Shown: in pieces, positions 12,097 through 28,359 of the stretch
Layout: each line of letters opens with the position of its first letter
How positions within the stretch are numbered: the first letter of the stretch is position 1
Assembly (NCBI RefSeq): GCF_000026545.1
Contig: NC_011601.1
Strand: one strand, 5' to 3'
Length of the DNA: 64,000 nucleotides
Source: Escherichia coli O127:H6 str. E2348/69
GTDB lineage: Bacteria; Pseudomonadota; Gammaproteobacteria; Enterobacterales; Enterobacteriaceae
Notes under the pieces: model-generated
The model's database searches: none
The model's input: the letters and a program-made list of their open reading frames with translations, nothing else
Told to the model about the DNA's origin: nothing
Program-made: the position numbers and the translations under genes

Positions 12097-13158
12097 TCAG
12101 TCTTGCGCGATTTGCCCATCAGGCCAGGCGTGAATCACGGCTTTGATCAGCGTCGCCAATGGAATAGCGAAGAATACGCCCCAGAATCCCCACAAACCAC
12201 CGAAGATCACCACCGATAAAATAATCACCAGAGGATGCAGGTTAACCGCTTCGGAGAACAACACCGGTACTAACAGGTTGCCGTCCAGCGCCTGAATAAT
12301 CAGATACACCGCGAAACAGCTCCAGAATTCCGTGCCAGCACCAAACTGGAATAGCGCCACGCCAATCACCGGAATGGTCACCACAAATGCGCCAATGTAC
12401 GGAATAAGTACCGAGAAGCCGACCAGCACCGCCAGCAGCAGCGAATAGTTCAGCCCGAAGAGTAAGAACCCCAGCCAGGTGGCGATCCCTACCACGATCA
12501 TCTCCAGCACTTTGCCGCGGATATAGTTGGTGATTTGTTGATTCATCTCCTTCCACACCTGTCCTGCCAGTCCACGGTTGCGCGGCAGCACCCGGCGAAC
12601 GGCGTTCAGCATCTGCTCTTTGTCTTTCAGCAGGAAGAAGACCATCAATGGCACCAGCACCAGATAGACGGCAATGGTCAGCAAACCGACCAACGAGGCG
12701 AGGGAAATTTTCACCACCGAATCGCCCATGGTCAGCATCCGACTGCGCATATTTTCGGCCATTGCATCAATAATGCCCGCATCCATTAACGCCGGATAGC
12801 GGCGCGGCAACGTGGCGGCAAAGTCAGAAAGCTTATTGAGCATCCCCGGCATATCGCGGATTAAGTAGATGCCCTGCTGCCAGGCAATAGGCAGAACCAC
12901 GAACGCCATCAGTAGCAGGATGCCCACAAACAGGATCAGCACGATAGATGTCGCCCAAGGGCGGGAACAGCCAATAGACTGCAGGCGGACAGTCGGCCAT
13001 TCCAGTAAATAGGCCAGAACAATAGCCACCAGCAACGGAGCAAGCAGTCCACTAAAGAAAAAGATAATGCCAAATCCGGCAACTAAAATAACCAGCAAGG
13101 CAATCGCTTCCGGATCGCTAAAACGGCGGCGATACCATTGCATCAACATTTCGAGCAT
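12097..13158 (-). CDS. perM: AI-2E family permease PerM (YfgO)
   Basis: 353-aa polytopic membrane ORF; synteny. Confidence 0.9.
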   Translation of the reverse strand: MLEMLMQWYRRRFSDPEAIALLVILVAGFGIIFFFSGLLAPLLVAIVLAYLLEWPTVRLQSIGCSRPWATSIVLILFVGILLLMAFVVLPIAWQQGIYLIRDMPGMLNKLSDFAATLPRRYPALMDAGIIDAMAENMRSRMLTMGDSVVKISLASLVGLLTIAVYLVLVPLMVFFLLKDKEQMLNAVRRVLPRNRGLAGQVWKEMNQQITNYIRGKVLEMIVVGIATWLGFLLFGLNYSLLLAVLVGFSVLIPYIGAFVVTIPVIGVALFQFGAGTEFWSCFAVYLIIQALDGNLLVPVLFSEAVNLHPLVIILSVVIFGGLWGFWGVFFAIPLATLIKAVIHAWPDGQIAQD

Positions 13159-13370
13159 ACAGACCTTCCCTGAACCTCAAGAGCGGGATTGCGATCCGCA
13201 ATTGTATCGAAATGTCACAAAAAAGACTTCGCTTTTTATGACGGATTCAGGAAACTGAAAAGTCATTTGAGTGGGCTAATCTTCGCCGTTACACTCAAAG
13301 GCGGCGCGGTGGGAACGATATTTCACAGTATCGGTCAAATGACTATCTCCAGAAATACAGGATAGAGGTT

Positions 13371-14834
13371 ATGTTCAGGCAGTTGAAAAAAAACCTGGTT
13401 GCAACCCTCATTGCTGCTATGACCATTGGTCAGGTAGCCCCGGCGTTTGCCGACAGCGCAGACACCTTGCCGGATATGGGAACCTCCGCAGGAAGCACAC
13501 TTTCCATTGGTCAGGAAATGCAGATGGGCGACTATTATGTCCGCCAGTTACGCGGCAGCGCGCCGTTAATTAATGATCCGCTGTTAACGCAATACATTAA
13601 TTTGCTAGGAATGCGTCTGGTTTCGCATGCCAATTCGGTTAAGACACCGTTTCATTTCTTTCTGATCAACAACGATGAAATTAACGCCTTTGCTTTCTTT
13701 GGCGGCAACGTGGTGCTGCACTCTGCCCTGTTCCGTTATTCCGATAACGAAAGTCAACTGGCTTCAGTTATGGCGCACGAAATCTCCCACGTCACCCAAC
13801 GTCACCTGGCGCGAGCGATGGAAGATCAGCAGCGCAGCGCGCCGCTGACCTGGGTCGGCGCGTTAGGTTCTATTTTACTGGCGATGGCCAGTCCGCAGGC
13901 GGGGATGGCGGCGCTGACCGGTACACTGGCGGGAACGCGCCAGGGGATGATCAGTTTCACCCAGCAAAATGAACAGGAAGCGGACCGCATTGGTATTCAG
14001 GTGCTGCAACGCTCGGGATTCGATCCGCAGGCGATGCCGACCTTCCTCGAAAAATTACTCGATCAGGCGCGTTACTCTTCGCGCCCACCAGAAATTCTGC
14101 TCACTCACCCACTACCGGAAAGCCGTCTGGCTGATGCCCGTAACCGTGCCAATCAGATGCGCCCGATAGTGGTGCAATCGTCAGAAGATTTCTATCTGGC
14201 AAAAGTGCGCACACTGGGGATGTACAATTCAGGGCGTAACCAACTCACCAGTGATTTGCTGGATGAATGGGCGAAAGGAAACGTTCGTCAGCAACGAGCG
14301 GCGCAATATGGTCGTGCTTTACAGGCGATGGAAGCCAATAAATACGACGAGGCACGTAAAACGCTGCAACCGTTACTGGTGGCAGAACCTGGCAACGCAT
14401 GGTATCTCGATCTGGCTACCGATATTGATCTTGGGCAAAACAAAGCCAATGACGCTATCAATCGCCTGAAAAATGCCCGCGATTTGCGCACCAATCCGGT
14501 GTTGCAGCTCAACCTGGCGAACGCTTATCTGCAAGGGGGGCAACCACAGGAAGCGGCCAATATTCTGAATCGCTACACTTTTAACAATAAAGATGACAGC
14601 AACGGCTGGGATTTACTGGCACAGGCGGAAGCCGCACTAAATAACCGCGATCAGGAACTGGCTGCGCGAGCAGAAGGTTATGCGCTCGCCGGGCGACTCG
14701 ATCAGGCTATTTCCTTGTTGAGTAGCGCCAGTTCGCAGGTGAAATTAGGCAGCCTGCAACAAGCGCGTTACGATGCGCGCATCGACCAGTTGCGCCAGCT
14801 GCAGGAACGCTTTAAGCCTTATACCAAGATGTAA
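13371..14834 (+). CDS. bepA: Periplasmic M48 protease / chaperone BepA (YfgC)
   Basis: 487-aa ORF with signal peptide, HEISH zinc motif and C-terminal TPR-like region. Confidence 0.95.
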   Translation: MFRQLKKNLVATLIAAMTIGQVAPAFADSADTLPDMGTSAGSTLSIGQEMQMGDYYVRQLRGSAPLINDPLLTQYINLLGMRLVSHANSVKTPFHFFLINNDEINAFAFFGGNVVLHSALFRYSDNESQLASVMAHEISHVTQRHLARAMEDQQRSAPLTWVGALGSILLAMASPQAGMAALTGTLAGTRQGMISFTQQNEQEADRIGIQVLQRSGFDPQAMPTFLEKLLDQARYSSRPPEILLTHPLPESRLADARNRANQMRPIVVQSSEDFYLAKVRTLGMYNSGRNQLTSDLLDEWAKGNVRQQRAAQYGRALQAMEANKYDEARKTLQPLLVAEPGNAWYLDLATDIDLGQNKANDAINRLKNARDLRTNPVLQLNLANAYLQGGQPQEAANILNRYTFNNKDDSNGWDLLAQAEAALNNRDQELAARAEGYALAGRLDQAISLLSSASSQVKLGSLQQARYDARIDQLRQLQERFKPYTKM

Positions 14835-14854
14835 TTCGCATTAAAGGAAGAACA

Positions 14855-15214
14855 ATGACCAAACAGGTAAAAATCTACCATAACCCACGCTGTTCAAAGA
14901 GCCGGGAAACGCTGAACCTGCTGAAAGAAAACGGCGTGGAGCCAGAAGTGGTGCTCTACCTTGAGACACCCGCCGATGCGGCAACGCTGCGCGATTTGCT
15001 GAAAATGCTGGGGATGAATAGCGCTCGTGAATTGATGCGCCAAAAAGAGGATCTTTATAAAGAACTGAACCTGGCTGACAGTTCGCTTAGCGAAGAGGTG
15101 CTGATTCAGGCGATGGTAGAGAATCCGAAGCTAATGGAACGCCCGATTGTGGTCGCGAATGGCAAAGCGCGGATTGGTCGTCCACCGGAGCAGGTACTGG
15201 AAATCGTGGGTTAA
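14855..15214 (+). CDS. yfgD: ArsC-family reductase YfgD
   Basis: 119-aa ORF with N-terminal Cys motif (NPRCSKSR). Confidence 0.9.
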   Translation: MTKQVKIYHNPRCSKSRETLNLLKENGVEPEVVLYLETPADAATLRDLLKMLGMNSARELMRQKEDLYKELNLADSSLSEEVLIQAMVENPKLMERPIVVANGKARIGRPPEQVLEIVG

Positions 15215-15242
15215 GATGTGCTCCATCGCTAGTTGAAGCACA

Positions 15243-15340
15243 TTGCCGGATGCGACGCTTGCCGCGTCTTATCCGGCCTACGAATACTATGGATTAACTT
15301 CGCGTAGGTCGGATAAGGCGTTCGCGCCGCATCCGACAAT
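15243..15340. repeat. BIME (two inverted REP units)
   Basis: GCCGGATGCGACGC..CTTATCCGGCCTACG and the inverted copy CGTAGGTCGGATAAGGCG..GCATCCGACA. Confidence 0.6.
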
Positions 15341-15351
15341 AAACACCTTAT

Positions 15352-16098
15352 CTACAACTTCAGAATTTCTTTCACAAACGGAATGGTCAGCTTGCGTTGC
15401 GCGGTAATCGACGCACGATCCAGCTGATCCAGCGTCATAAACAACGTGCGCATTTCTCTGTCGAGCCGCTTCAGCAAGAAACGCCCCACATCTTCCGGCA
15501 GTTCAAAACCACGCAAACGCGCGCGTAACTGTAGCGCCTGCAACTTATCTTCATCAGAAAGTGGCTGCAATTTGTAGATCTGCCCCCAGTCGAGACGCGA
15601 CGCGAGATCCGGTAATCCAAGATTCAACTGCCGCGGTGGACGATCGCCGGTGATCAACAACCGTGTTTTGCCCGATTCCAGAATTCGATTGTAAAGATCG
15701 AAAATCGCCATCTCCCACAACTCATCGCCGGCAATACACTCAATGTTGTCAATACAGACCAGCGACAAATGCTCCATACCGTCGAGCACTTCCGGAACAA
15801 ACCAGGTGCGTTTATCCAGCGGGACATAGCCCACCGCATCGCCACGCTGTGACAATTCCGCGCAAGCCGCGTGCAGCAGATGGCTGCGCCCCGCGCCTTC
15901 GCGTGCCCAGAGATAGATGTAACCGCTATGTTCCTGACGCAGCACGTTTTGCAGCGCGGCCAGTAAAGAGGAGTTATCCCCCGGCCAGAAACTTGCAAAG
16001 GTTTCGTCGTCAGGAAGATAAAGTGGCAAAGAGAGCTGTGCCGGTGTGTTCAGAGATACCTCAACCAGGATTTCACAAAATCGCGAGAAGTTTACCAC
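15352..16098 (-). CDS. hda: DnaA-inactivating protein Hda
   Basis: 248-aa ORF, AAA+ Walker motifs; the true start is probably an internal non-ATG codon about 15 codons in. Confidence 0.85.
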
Positions 16099-16147
16099 AG
16101 AATCCCATGATGTTTGAACCGGGCAGCAACACTGCCCGGTCGGTACA

Positions 16148-17437
16148 TTATTTGTCTGTTATATCCGCGTCTTCTGCGTCCAGCACCACTTCTTCAGGGC
16201 GCAGCATACTAATCAGTTTGAAGATCAAACTTAAGCCGATACCGACGATGGTCGCCAGCGCCATACCTTTCAGCTCCGCCGCGCCAATGTTTACCTTCGC
16301 GCCACTGACGCCGATGATCAAAATAACGGAAGTCAGGATCAGGTTCTGTGCTTTGTTGTAATCCACTTTCGATTCGATCAACACACGAATACCGGAAGCA
16401 CCGATGACACCGTAAAGCAGCAGCGAAACGCCGCCCATCACCGGCAATGGAATCATCTGGATAGCAGCAGCCAGTTTACCGACGCAGGAAAGCAGGATAG
16501 CGAAAATCGCCGCACCGCCGATAACCCAGGTACTGTAAACACGGGTGATCGCCATCACGCCAATGTTTTCCCCGTAGGTGGTGTTTGGTGTGGAACCAAA
16601 GAAACCGGAGATCACGGTCGACAAGCCGTTAGCAAACATCGAACGGTGCAGACCTGGATCGCGCAGCAGATCTTTTTTGACGATATTAGCCGTTACCACC
16701 AGGTGCCCTACGTGTTCGGCAATAACCACTAACGCCGCTGGCAGAATAGTCAGAATGGCAAACCACTCGAAGCGCGGCGTATAGAGGGTTGGCAGCGCAA
16801 ACCAGTGAGCATTAATAATCGGCGTGGTATCGACAATTCCCATTGCGAAAGAGAGCGCGTAGCCCACCAGCACGCCAATTAAAATCGGGATAATTGCCAG
16901 GAAACCACGAAACAGCACGGAACCTAAAACCGTAACCGCCAGCGTGGTAATGGAGATGATGATGGTTTTGGAGTCTGGAGTTTGCCCTTCAGCCGGGAGT
17001 AAACCTGCCATACCGGCAGCTACGCCCGCCAGCTCCAGACCGATGACGGCAACGATTGCGCCCATTGCCGCAGGTGGAAACAGCACGTCCAGCCAGCCGG
17101 TCCCCGCTTTCTTCACGATAAAAGAAACCAGGCAGAACAGCACGCCGCACATAATAAAGCCGCCCAGCGCGACTTCATACCCCAACGGCAACAGTAACAA
17201 TACCGGTGAAATAAAGGCAAAGCTGGAACCAAGATAAGCCGGAATTTTCCCTTTACAGATGAAGAGATACAGCAGTGTTCCTATACCGTTAAATAACAGT
17301 ACAGTCGCCGGGTTAATATGAAATAAGACGGGCACCAGGACGGTTGCACCAAACATGGCGAACAAATGTTGCAAACTAAGCGGGATTGTCTGTAAAAGTG
17401 GCGGTCTTTCACTCACCCCGATAGCACGGCGCGTCAT
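16148..17437 (-). CDS. uraA: Uracil permease
   Basis: ORF 16148..17479; start placed at [15 protein letters not shown]. Confidence 0.95.
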   Translation of the reverse strand: MTRRAIGVSERPPLLQTIPLSLQHLFAMFGATVLVPVLFHINPATVLLFNGIGTLLYLFICKGKIPAYLGSSFAFISPVLLLLPLGYEVALGGFIMCGVLFCLVSFIVKKAGTGWLDVLFPPAAMGAIVAVIGLELAGVAAGMAGLLPAEGQTPDSKTIIISITTLAVTVLGSVLFRGFLAIIPILIGVLVGYALSFAMGIVDTTPIINAHWFALPTLYTPRFEWFAILTILPAALVVIAEHVGHLVVTANIVKKDLLRDPGLHRSMFANGLSTVISGFFGSTPNTTYGENIGVMAITRVYSTWVIGGAAIFAILLSCVGKLAAAIQMIPLPVMGGVSLLLYGVIGASGIRVLIESKVDYNKAQNLILTSVILIIGVSGAKVNIGAAELKGMALATIVGIGLSLIFKLISMLRPEEVVLDAEDADITDK

Positions 17438-17477
17438 AGTATTATCCTCTGTATTATGTGTTATAGGCGCTTTACTC

Positions 17478-17505
17478 AAAAAAAAGCCGACTCTTAAAGT
17501 CGGCT
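17478..17505 (-). terminator. Hairpin and U-run between upp and uraA
   Basis: AGCCGACT / AGTCGGCT stem followed on the minus strand by eight T. Confidence 0.55.
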
Positions 17506-17522
17506 TTAATTATTTTTATTCT

Positions 17523-18149
17523 TTATTTCGTACCAAAGATTTTGTCACCGGCATCGCCGAGGCCCGGAATAATGTATCCGTGCTCGTTCAGTCCCTGGTC
17601 AATCGATGCAGTATACAGTTCGACGTCCGGGTGCGCTTTTTCCAGCGCAGCGATACCTTCTGGTGCAGCTACCAGCACCAGAACTTTGATGCTGCTGCAG
17701 CCCGCTTTTTTCAGCAGGTCGATGGTCGCGATAACGGAACCACCGGTTGCCAGCATTGGGTCAACGATCAGCGCCATACGCTCATCGATGTTAGAAACCA
17801 GTTTCTGGAAGTACGGTACCGGCTCCAGCGTTTCTTCATTACGGTACATACCGACGACACTGATGCGCGCACTCGGAACGTTTTCCAGCACACCGTCCAT
17901 CATCCCAAGACCCGCACGCAGAATTGGCACAACGGTAATTTTCTTACCTTTGATCTGGTCGATTTCTACCGGGCCGTTCCAGCCTTCGATAGTGACTTTT
18001 TCCGTTTCGAGGTCGGCGGTCGCTTCGTAAGTCAGCAGGCTACCCACTTCGGAAGCGAGTTCGCGAAAGCGCTTGGTGCTGATATCTTGCTCACGCATCA
18101 GTCCCAGCTTGTGTTTGACGAGTGGGTGTTTGACTTCCACGATCTTCAT
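17523..18149 (-). CDS. upp: Uracil phosphoribosyltransferase
   Basis: ORF 17523..18176; start placed at [11 protein letters not shown]. Confidence 0.95.
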
Positions 18150-18394
18150 ACTCTTTCTCCTTTGAGGGGCAGCCACAAAAAAAATCGATGGATTATACCT
18201 CCTTTCTTCAAGGCGGCAATATTATTTTCGTTGACTTTAGTCAAAATGATAACGGTTTGAGATAAAGTTATTTTATATTCAAATGGTTATGGAAGAAGAT
18301 TATTCCATCCGAAAACGATCCTTTGCCCTGGTACAAGTATTCTTTCGCCGCGCGCCTGGGGAAAAGACGTGCAAAAAGGTTGTGTAAAGCAGTC

Positions 18395-18410
18395 TCGCAA
18401 ACGTTTGCTT
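18395..18410. promoter_or_regulatory. PurR box upstream of purMN
   Basis: TCGCAAACGTTTGCTT matches the PurR operator consensus, about 65 bp upstream of the purM start. Confidence 0.65.
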
Positions 18411-18455
18411 TCCCTGTTAGAATTGCGCCGAATTTTATTTTTCTACCGCAAGTAA

Positions 18456-19510
<1,055 letters not shown>

Positions 19511-19511
<1 letters not shown>

Positions 19512-20149
19512 TGAATATTGTGGTGCTTATTTCCGGCAACGGAAGTAATTTGCAGGCAATTATTGACGCCTGCAAAACCAACAAAATTAAAGGCACCGTA
19601 CGGGCAGTTTTCAGCAATAAGGCCGACGCGTTCGGCCTTGAACGAGCCCGCCAGGCGGGTATTGCAACGCATACGCTCATCACCAGCGCGTTTGACAGTC
19701 GTGAAGCCTATGACCGGGAGTTGATTCATGAAATCGACATGTACGCACCCGATGTGGTCGTGCTGGCTGGTTTTATGCGCATTCTCAGCCCGGCGTTTGT
19801 CTCCCACTATGCCGGGCGTTTGCTGAACATTCACCCTTCTCTGCTGCCGAAATATCCCGGATTACACACCCATCGTCAGGCGCTGGAAAATGGCGATGAG
19901 GAGCACGGTACATCGGTGCATTTCGTCACCGATGAACTGGACGGTGGCCCGGTTATTTTACAGGCGAAAGTCCCGGTATTTGCTGGTGATACGGAAGATG
20001 ACATCACCGCCCGCGTGCAAACCCAGGAACACGCTATTTATCCACTGGTGATTAGCTGGTTTGCCGATGGTCGTCTGAAAATGCACGAAAACGCCGCGTG
20101 GCTGGATGGTCAACGTCTGCCGCCGCAGGTCTACGCTGCCGACGAGTAA
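19511..20149 (+). CDS. purN: GAR transformylase
   Basis: 212-aa ORF whose ATG overlaps the purM stop. Confidence 0.95.
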
Positions 20150-20165
20150 TGCCCCCGTAGTTAAA

Positions 20166-20191
20166 GCGCCAGCTCTGCCGCTGGCGTTTTT
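20166..20191 (+). terminator. Intrinsic terminator after purN
   Basis: GCGCCAGC / GCTGGCGC stem followed by TTTTT. Confidence 0.6.
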
Positions 20192-20320
20192 CAATTCACC
20201 TGTAAATCGCAAGCTCCAGCAGTTTTTTTCCCCCTTTTCTGGCATAGTTGGACATCTGCCAATATTGCTCGCCATAATATCCAGGCAGTGTCCCGTGAAT
20301 AAAACGGAGTAAAAGTGGTA

Positions 20321-23933
<3,613 letters not shown>

Positions 23934-23939
23934 TGCTTT

Positions 23940-23966
23940 GCGGGCCGACGAGAAATGTCGGCCCGC
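23940..23966. terminator. Hairpin between convergent ppx and pdeF
   Basis: GCGGGCCGAC / GTCGGCCCGC 10-bp stem at the convergence point. Confidence 0.6.
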
Positions 23967-23971
23967 ATTAT

Positions 23972-26215
23972 TCAGGCACTTTCGCGAATGGGTTCGATTT
24001 CATTCAGCGTATCAATTAACGGTTGCGGCTTACCAATAAGATAACCCTGCATATAATCGATCCCCAAAGAGAGCACCGCCTCGCGGATCTCTTCGTTTTC
24101 AACGTACTCCGCCACTACCCGCATTTTCTTCATTCGCGCCAGGTGGCAAATCGACGCCACTATCTGATAATCCAGACTATTTGACACAATATTGCGGATA
24201 AAACTGCCGTCAATTTTAAGCAGATCGGCATTCACATTTTTAAGCCGCGCATAGCTGGCGTAGCCGGTGTCGAAATCATCAATCGCAATCTGGCAGCCTA
24301 ATTCCTGAAGATGCTGCAAGGTGATTTGCGCCTGCTTAACATTGGTCAGAGCATTACTTTCGGTGACTTCAAAAATAAGTTGCCACGCTTCAATCTGATA
24401 TTTAGCCAGCAGCTGACTGACTTCAACAGGAAAACGAGCCTGACATACCGAGGTTGGAGACAGATTAATAGCAAAACGGTGAGCGGGCATCTTCGCTCTG
24501 TTTTCAGCCATAAATTGCAGCGTATGCTCAAGGACCCACATGTCGATACTCGACGATAAACCAAATTCGTGCGCGACCGGTAAGAAGCTATCGGGGCTGA
24601 TCAGCTCATCATTCTCACCCTTCATGCGCAGAAGAATTTCATGGTAAACATCACCACGCATACCGGTAATCGGCTGGGCCATCAGGAAAAAATGGTTGTG
24701 TTCCAGCGCCTGCTGTAGTCGATTCATCATCACGACTTTATCTTTCAATTCGCGTTGCAAATACATTGCTCCGCGACGCTGCATATTTTCCGGGGTGTTG
24801 GTCACGATGGAAAGTTCGGCCACCGTATTTAGCTCTCCCAGCAGCAGGTAGATATGATTCACCGGCGAGCGCACATAGCAGTAACTGACGCCAATCTGCG
24901 GTTGCATCGGCATTCCATCCCAAAAGAAACGAAATTGCTTGAGATGGCTATCCAGTGCGGTAATGCGCTCCTGGTGCGATTCTGTATTCAGCCGCAGCGC
25001 GAGATCGTTACCCGAAAGCTGATAAACATCTTCACCCGGTTCCAGCAAGGGTGACAGCCAGTGAGAAAGTTTTTGCTTATATTGAATCCGCAGCATGATG
25101 CCATAATTCTTAACCAGCATTTCCATGCCAGGGATGCGTAAATAACAAAGCGCAGACCAGGGGGCATCACGTAACGCGCGATTCAGGGCGCGAACATTTG
25201 GCAGATGAACCACCGGGTCCACATACGCAAGCCGCTGAATGCGTCTGACTACCGCTCGCTGACGGGTTGCCAGTACAGCCATATAATTGACAATAAAAGA
25301 GAATACCAGATAACTGGAGGAGGTTATGGTCAGCTGCGTGGTATAGCCAGGATAAATGGGAATGTAATTTTGATAGCTGTGGATGCTGATCATCAACACG
25401 ACCGCCCAGAGCAATGAAATCAGCTTATAACCATAGCGCATCGCTCCCCACATCATCAGGGGCAGCAATAATGACAAGGTGTAATTGGTGCTAAAAATCG
25501 TGCTTTTTTCATTTAACGGCATGCATAACAGCAACAATAAAGCACCTAATGCCAGTAGCCAGATTGCGAACTCTTTTTGGGTAACTTTGGCATCAACCTG
25601 CTGTTTTAATTGCGAATAATAGCTACGTAAATAAAACGGATTTCGCACCACCCGAATGATGAAGTAGCACAGCGGGACACCAATCAGATTACCCACCAGC
25701 AAGGCCTGATAATTGATTAAGGTCCCGAGGTTAAAGGGCATGACGCCGACCAGATTTTCTCTGCTCGCCAGTAATCCAACAAACGCAGCAAACTGGAAAA
25801 GTATCAGAAACAGCGTTGCAGGAAACACAATCTGCCAGAATAGTCGCTGGGAAATTAAACGGCTATCACCATGTGAAACGTTGTTACGCCGGGGAGTAAA
25901 AACCCTGTAACCGCCCCAACAGAGAATGATAATGATAATAAAATTAGCCGTTAATGAGAGCGTTTCGTAAAAACCCAGCTCTGCATATTTGCGGACAAAA
26001 ATCCCTAAGGCGATCCCTGGCAATGCCGCCCAGTTGAAAAACATCATCATGCTGATCATCAGTGCCAGTGGCAGATAAAAGAGAAAAACTTCACCGGAAG
26101 AAATATGAGCGAAAGTATTAATGTGGGCGAAAATGGGCAAGATTAAAGAAGGCAGGAACAGCGGAAGCCCCCACCATTTATCACGTATTTTTATATAAGT
26201 TGCATTCAGTTTCAT
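23972..26215 (-). CDS. pdeF: c-di-GMP phosphodiesterase PdeF (YfgF): membrane sensor, degenerate GGDEF, EAL
   Basis: 747-aa ORF with N-terminal multi-TM region and C-terminal EAL-type sequence. Confidence 0.9.
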   Translation of the reverse strand: MKLNATYIKIRDKWWGLPLFLPSLILPIFAHINTFAHISSGEVFLFYLPLALMISMMMFFNWAALPGIALGIFVRKYAELGFYETLSLTANFIIIIILCWGGYRVFTPRRNNVSHGDSRLISQRLFWQIVFPATLFLILFQFAAFVGLLASRENLVGVMPFNLGTLINYQALLVGNLIGVPLCYFIIRVVRNPFYLRSYYSQLKQQVDAKVTQKEFAIWLLALGALLLLLCMPLNEKSTIFSTNYTLSLLLPLMMWGAMRYGYKLISLLWAVVLMISIHSYQNYIPIYPGYTTQLTITSSSYLVFSFIVNYMAVLATRQRAVVRRIQRLAYVDPVVHLPNVRALNRALRDAPWSALCYLRIPGMEMLVKNYGIMLRIQYKQKLSHWLSPLLEPGEDVYQLSGNDLALRLNTESHQERITALDSHLKQFRFFWDGMPMQPQIGVSYCYVRSPVNHIYLLLGELNTVAELSIVTNTPENMQRRGAMYLQRELKDKVVMMNRLQQALEHNHFFLMAQPITGMRGDVYHEILLRMKGENDELISPDSFLPVAHEFGLSSSIDMWVLEHTLQFMAENRAKMPAHRFAINLSPTSVCQARFPVEVSQLLAKYQIEAWQLIFEVTESNALTNVKQAQITLQHLQELGCQIAIDDFDTGYASYARLKNVNADLLKIDGSFIRNIVSNSLDYQIVASICHLARMKKMRVVAEYVENEEIREAVLSLGIDYMQGYLIGKPQPLIDTLNEIEPIRESA

Positions 26216-26566
26216 AGATGCTCAGCAGAATCCCCCACATCCTGAAGGAGGTGTATTCAGACAGGCATCCCACCTGACTTCGAATGATGATTATTCATCA
26301 CTATAGAGAGCAATGATTCTAAGTGTCATATGAAAGTTCCAATTGATATATATCAAACAAAATAACCCTGATTAATGAATTATTACGTTTATCATGTTAA
26401 CTCATCATTATTACATCATCATTGTAAATAATTAAATTAACTTCCATAACATTAAAATATGTATCAACTGACGCTTTTTTACATAACGAAGAATTGACCA
26501 TTTTGTCCTGTTGTGCCTTAATGTAAGTACCGTCCACGGCGTGGGACATACTTCAAGGAACCTTTT

Positions 26567-26758
26567 GTGAGTCAGGCAACCAGTATGCGAAAACGACACC
26601 GATTTAACAGTCGCATGACCCGTATCGTACTGCTCATCAGCTTTATCTTCTTCTTTGGCCGTTTTATCTACTCGTCCGTCGGTGCCTGGCAGCACCATCA
26701 GAGCAAAAAAGAAGCTCAGCAATCCACACTCTCCGTCGAATCACCGGTACAACGTTAG
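26567..26758 (+). CDS. yfgG: Small membrane protein YfgG
   Basis: 63-aa ORF with GTG start, AAGGAA ribosome-binding site and one TM helix. Confidence 0.8.
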   Translation: MSQATSMRKRHRFNSRMTRIVLLISFIFFFGRFIYSSVGAWQHHQSKKEAQQSTLSVESPVQR

Positions 26759-27068
26759 CGGTTACCTTCTCCACTCTCACAGAACATAACGGCACCTCGC
26801 TGTCGGATGCTTTTGCTCTTTGAGATTATCAAAGCGGCAGATATTCTTTCATCTTAAATTTTACGTCTTTGTTCTGACTGAAGTTCATCCTGTTCGGCTG
26901 CGAAATAAATACATCATTAATACATATGTTGTGATGATGTATTTTTATAAATTATTTCCCACATGAATTTTAATAAATTTAATCTATTCCTTTATACGCA
27001 ATACATTTACTTTCCTCTTTTGATGATCTTAAATGTCTTATTTTTCGTAATGTGTATAACAAGGAATA

Positions 27069-27587
27069 GTGATGAAATTTAAAAAATGTCTTCTGCCTGT
27101 GGCAATGTTAGCGTCATTCACTCTGGCAGGATGCCAGTCAAATGCTGATGATCATGCCGCCGATGTTTATCAAACCGATCAACTGAATACCAAACAAGAA
27201 ACTAAAACCGTTAATATTATTTCCATTCTTCCCGCAAAAGTTGCCGTAGACAACGCCCAAAATAAACGGAACGCACAAGCCTTCGGCGCGCTTATTGGCG
27301 CTGTCGCTGGCGGTGTTATCGGCCACAACGTCGGGTCTGGCAGCAATTCCGGAACGACAGCAGGTGCAGTTGGCGGCGGAGCTGTTGGCGCAGCAGCGGG
27401 TTCTATGGTGAATGATAAAACCTTAGTGGAAGGTGTTTCTTTAACATATAAGGAAGGCACCAAAGTGTATACCTCCACCCAGGTGGGTAAAGAGTGCCAG
27501 TTTACGACAGGTTTAGCCGTTGTTATTACCACGACGTATAACGAAACGCGTATTCAGCCAAATACCAAATGTCCTGAAAAGAGCTAA
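27069..27587 (+). CDS. yfgH: Glycine-zipper outer membrane lipoprotein YfgH
   Basis: Lipobox LAGC, Gly-rich region; the start may be the ATG at 27072. Confidence 0.85.
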   Translation: MMKFKKCLLPVAMLASFTLAGCQSNADDHAADVYQTDQLNTKQETKTVNIISILPAKVAVDNAQNKRNAQAFGALIGAVAGGVIGHNVGSGSNSGTTAGAVGGGAVGAAAGSMVNDKTLVEGVSLTYKEGTKVYTSTQVGKECQFTTGLAVVITTTYNETRIQPNTKCPEKS

Positions 27588-27602
27588 TAATCAGGAGGAG
27601 TC

Positions 27603-28142
27603 ATGAAGAAAGTTTTTCTTTGCGCCATCTTAGCCTCCTTAAGCTATCCGGCTATCGCCTCATCATTGCAGGATCAACTCTCGGCTGTCGCAGAAGCGGA
27701 ACAGCAAGGTAAAAATGAAGAGCAAAGGCAGCATGACGAATGGGTCGCGGAGCGCAACAGGGAAATCCAGCAAGAGAAGCAACGTCGCGCAAACGCCCAG
27801 GCCGCGGCTAATAAAAGAGCGGCAACGGCAGCAGCGAATAAGAAAGCTCGTCAGGATAAACTGGACGCCGAAGCCACTGCGGACAAAAAACGCGATCAAA
27901 GTTATGAAGATGAGCTACGCAGCTTAGAGATTCAGAAACAAAAACTGGCGCTGGCGAAAGAAGAAGCCCGCGTTAAGCGCGAAAACGAATTTATCGATCA
28001 GGAACTGAAGCACAAAGCTGCGCAAACCGATGTGGTGCAATCTGAAGCTGACGCAAACAGGAATATGACTGAAGGCGGTCGCGATCTGATGAAAAGCGTG
28101 GGCAAAGCAGAAGAGAATAAATCAGATAGCTGGTTTAACTAA
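27603..28142 (+). CDS. yfgI: Periplasmic coiled-coil protein YfgI
   Basis: 179-aa ORF with signal peptide and charged K/E/A/R-rich body. Confidence 0.85.
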   Translation: MKKVFLCAILASLSYPAIASSLQDQLSAVAEAEQQGKNEEQRQHDEWVAERNREIQQEKQRRANAQAAANKRAATAAANKKARQDKLDAEATADKKRDQSYEDELRSLEIQKQKLALAKEEARVKRENEFIDQELKHKAAQTDVVQSEADANRNMTEGGRDLMKSVGKAEENKSDSWFN

Positions 28143-28182
28143 ACGATGTTAGTAACTTCAAGTCTATAATTCTTTAGGATAA

Positions 28183-28212
28183 AAAACCCTCTGTAGTAAC
28201 AGAGGGTTTTGT
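28183..28212 (+). terminator. Intrinsic terminator after yfgI
   Basis: AAACCCTCTGT / ACAGAGGGTTTT hairpin followed by T-rich tail. Confidence 0.7.
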
Positions 28213-28359
28213 TCATTCATAGTGCAGGGTCAAATCATTCCCACTCAATTATTTACTAAACTCATAACTAATTGACTGAAAACAACTTTTAAAACAATGA
28301 AATTTTTCATACCGTTTTATATACCGTCACCGGAAATCAGTACCATGAAAAATGCCATG

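Noticed and set aside
15663-18260. Antisense ORFs of 232, 301 and 162 aa across hda, uraA and upp
   Set aside because: Each is embedded opposite a well-supported conserved gene; the compositions look like mirror frames; none has start signals.
26216-27068. AT-rich intergenic DNA around yfgG as horizontally acquired or as an sRNA locus
   Set aside because: The gene order matches K-12 and the region carries the conserved yfgG gene; no promoter-terminator pair defining an sRNA was evident.
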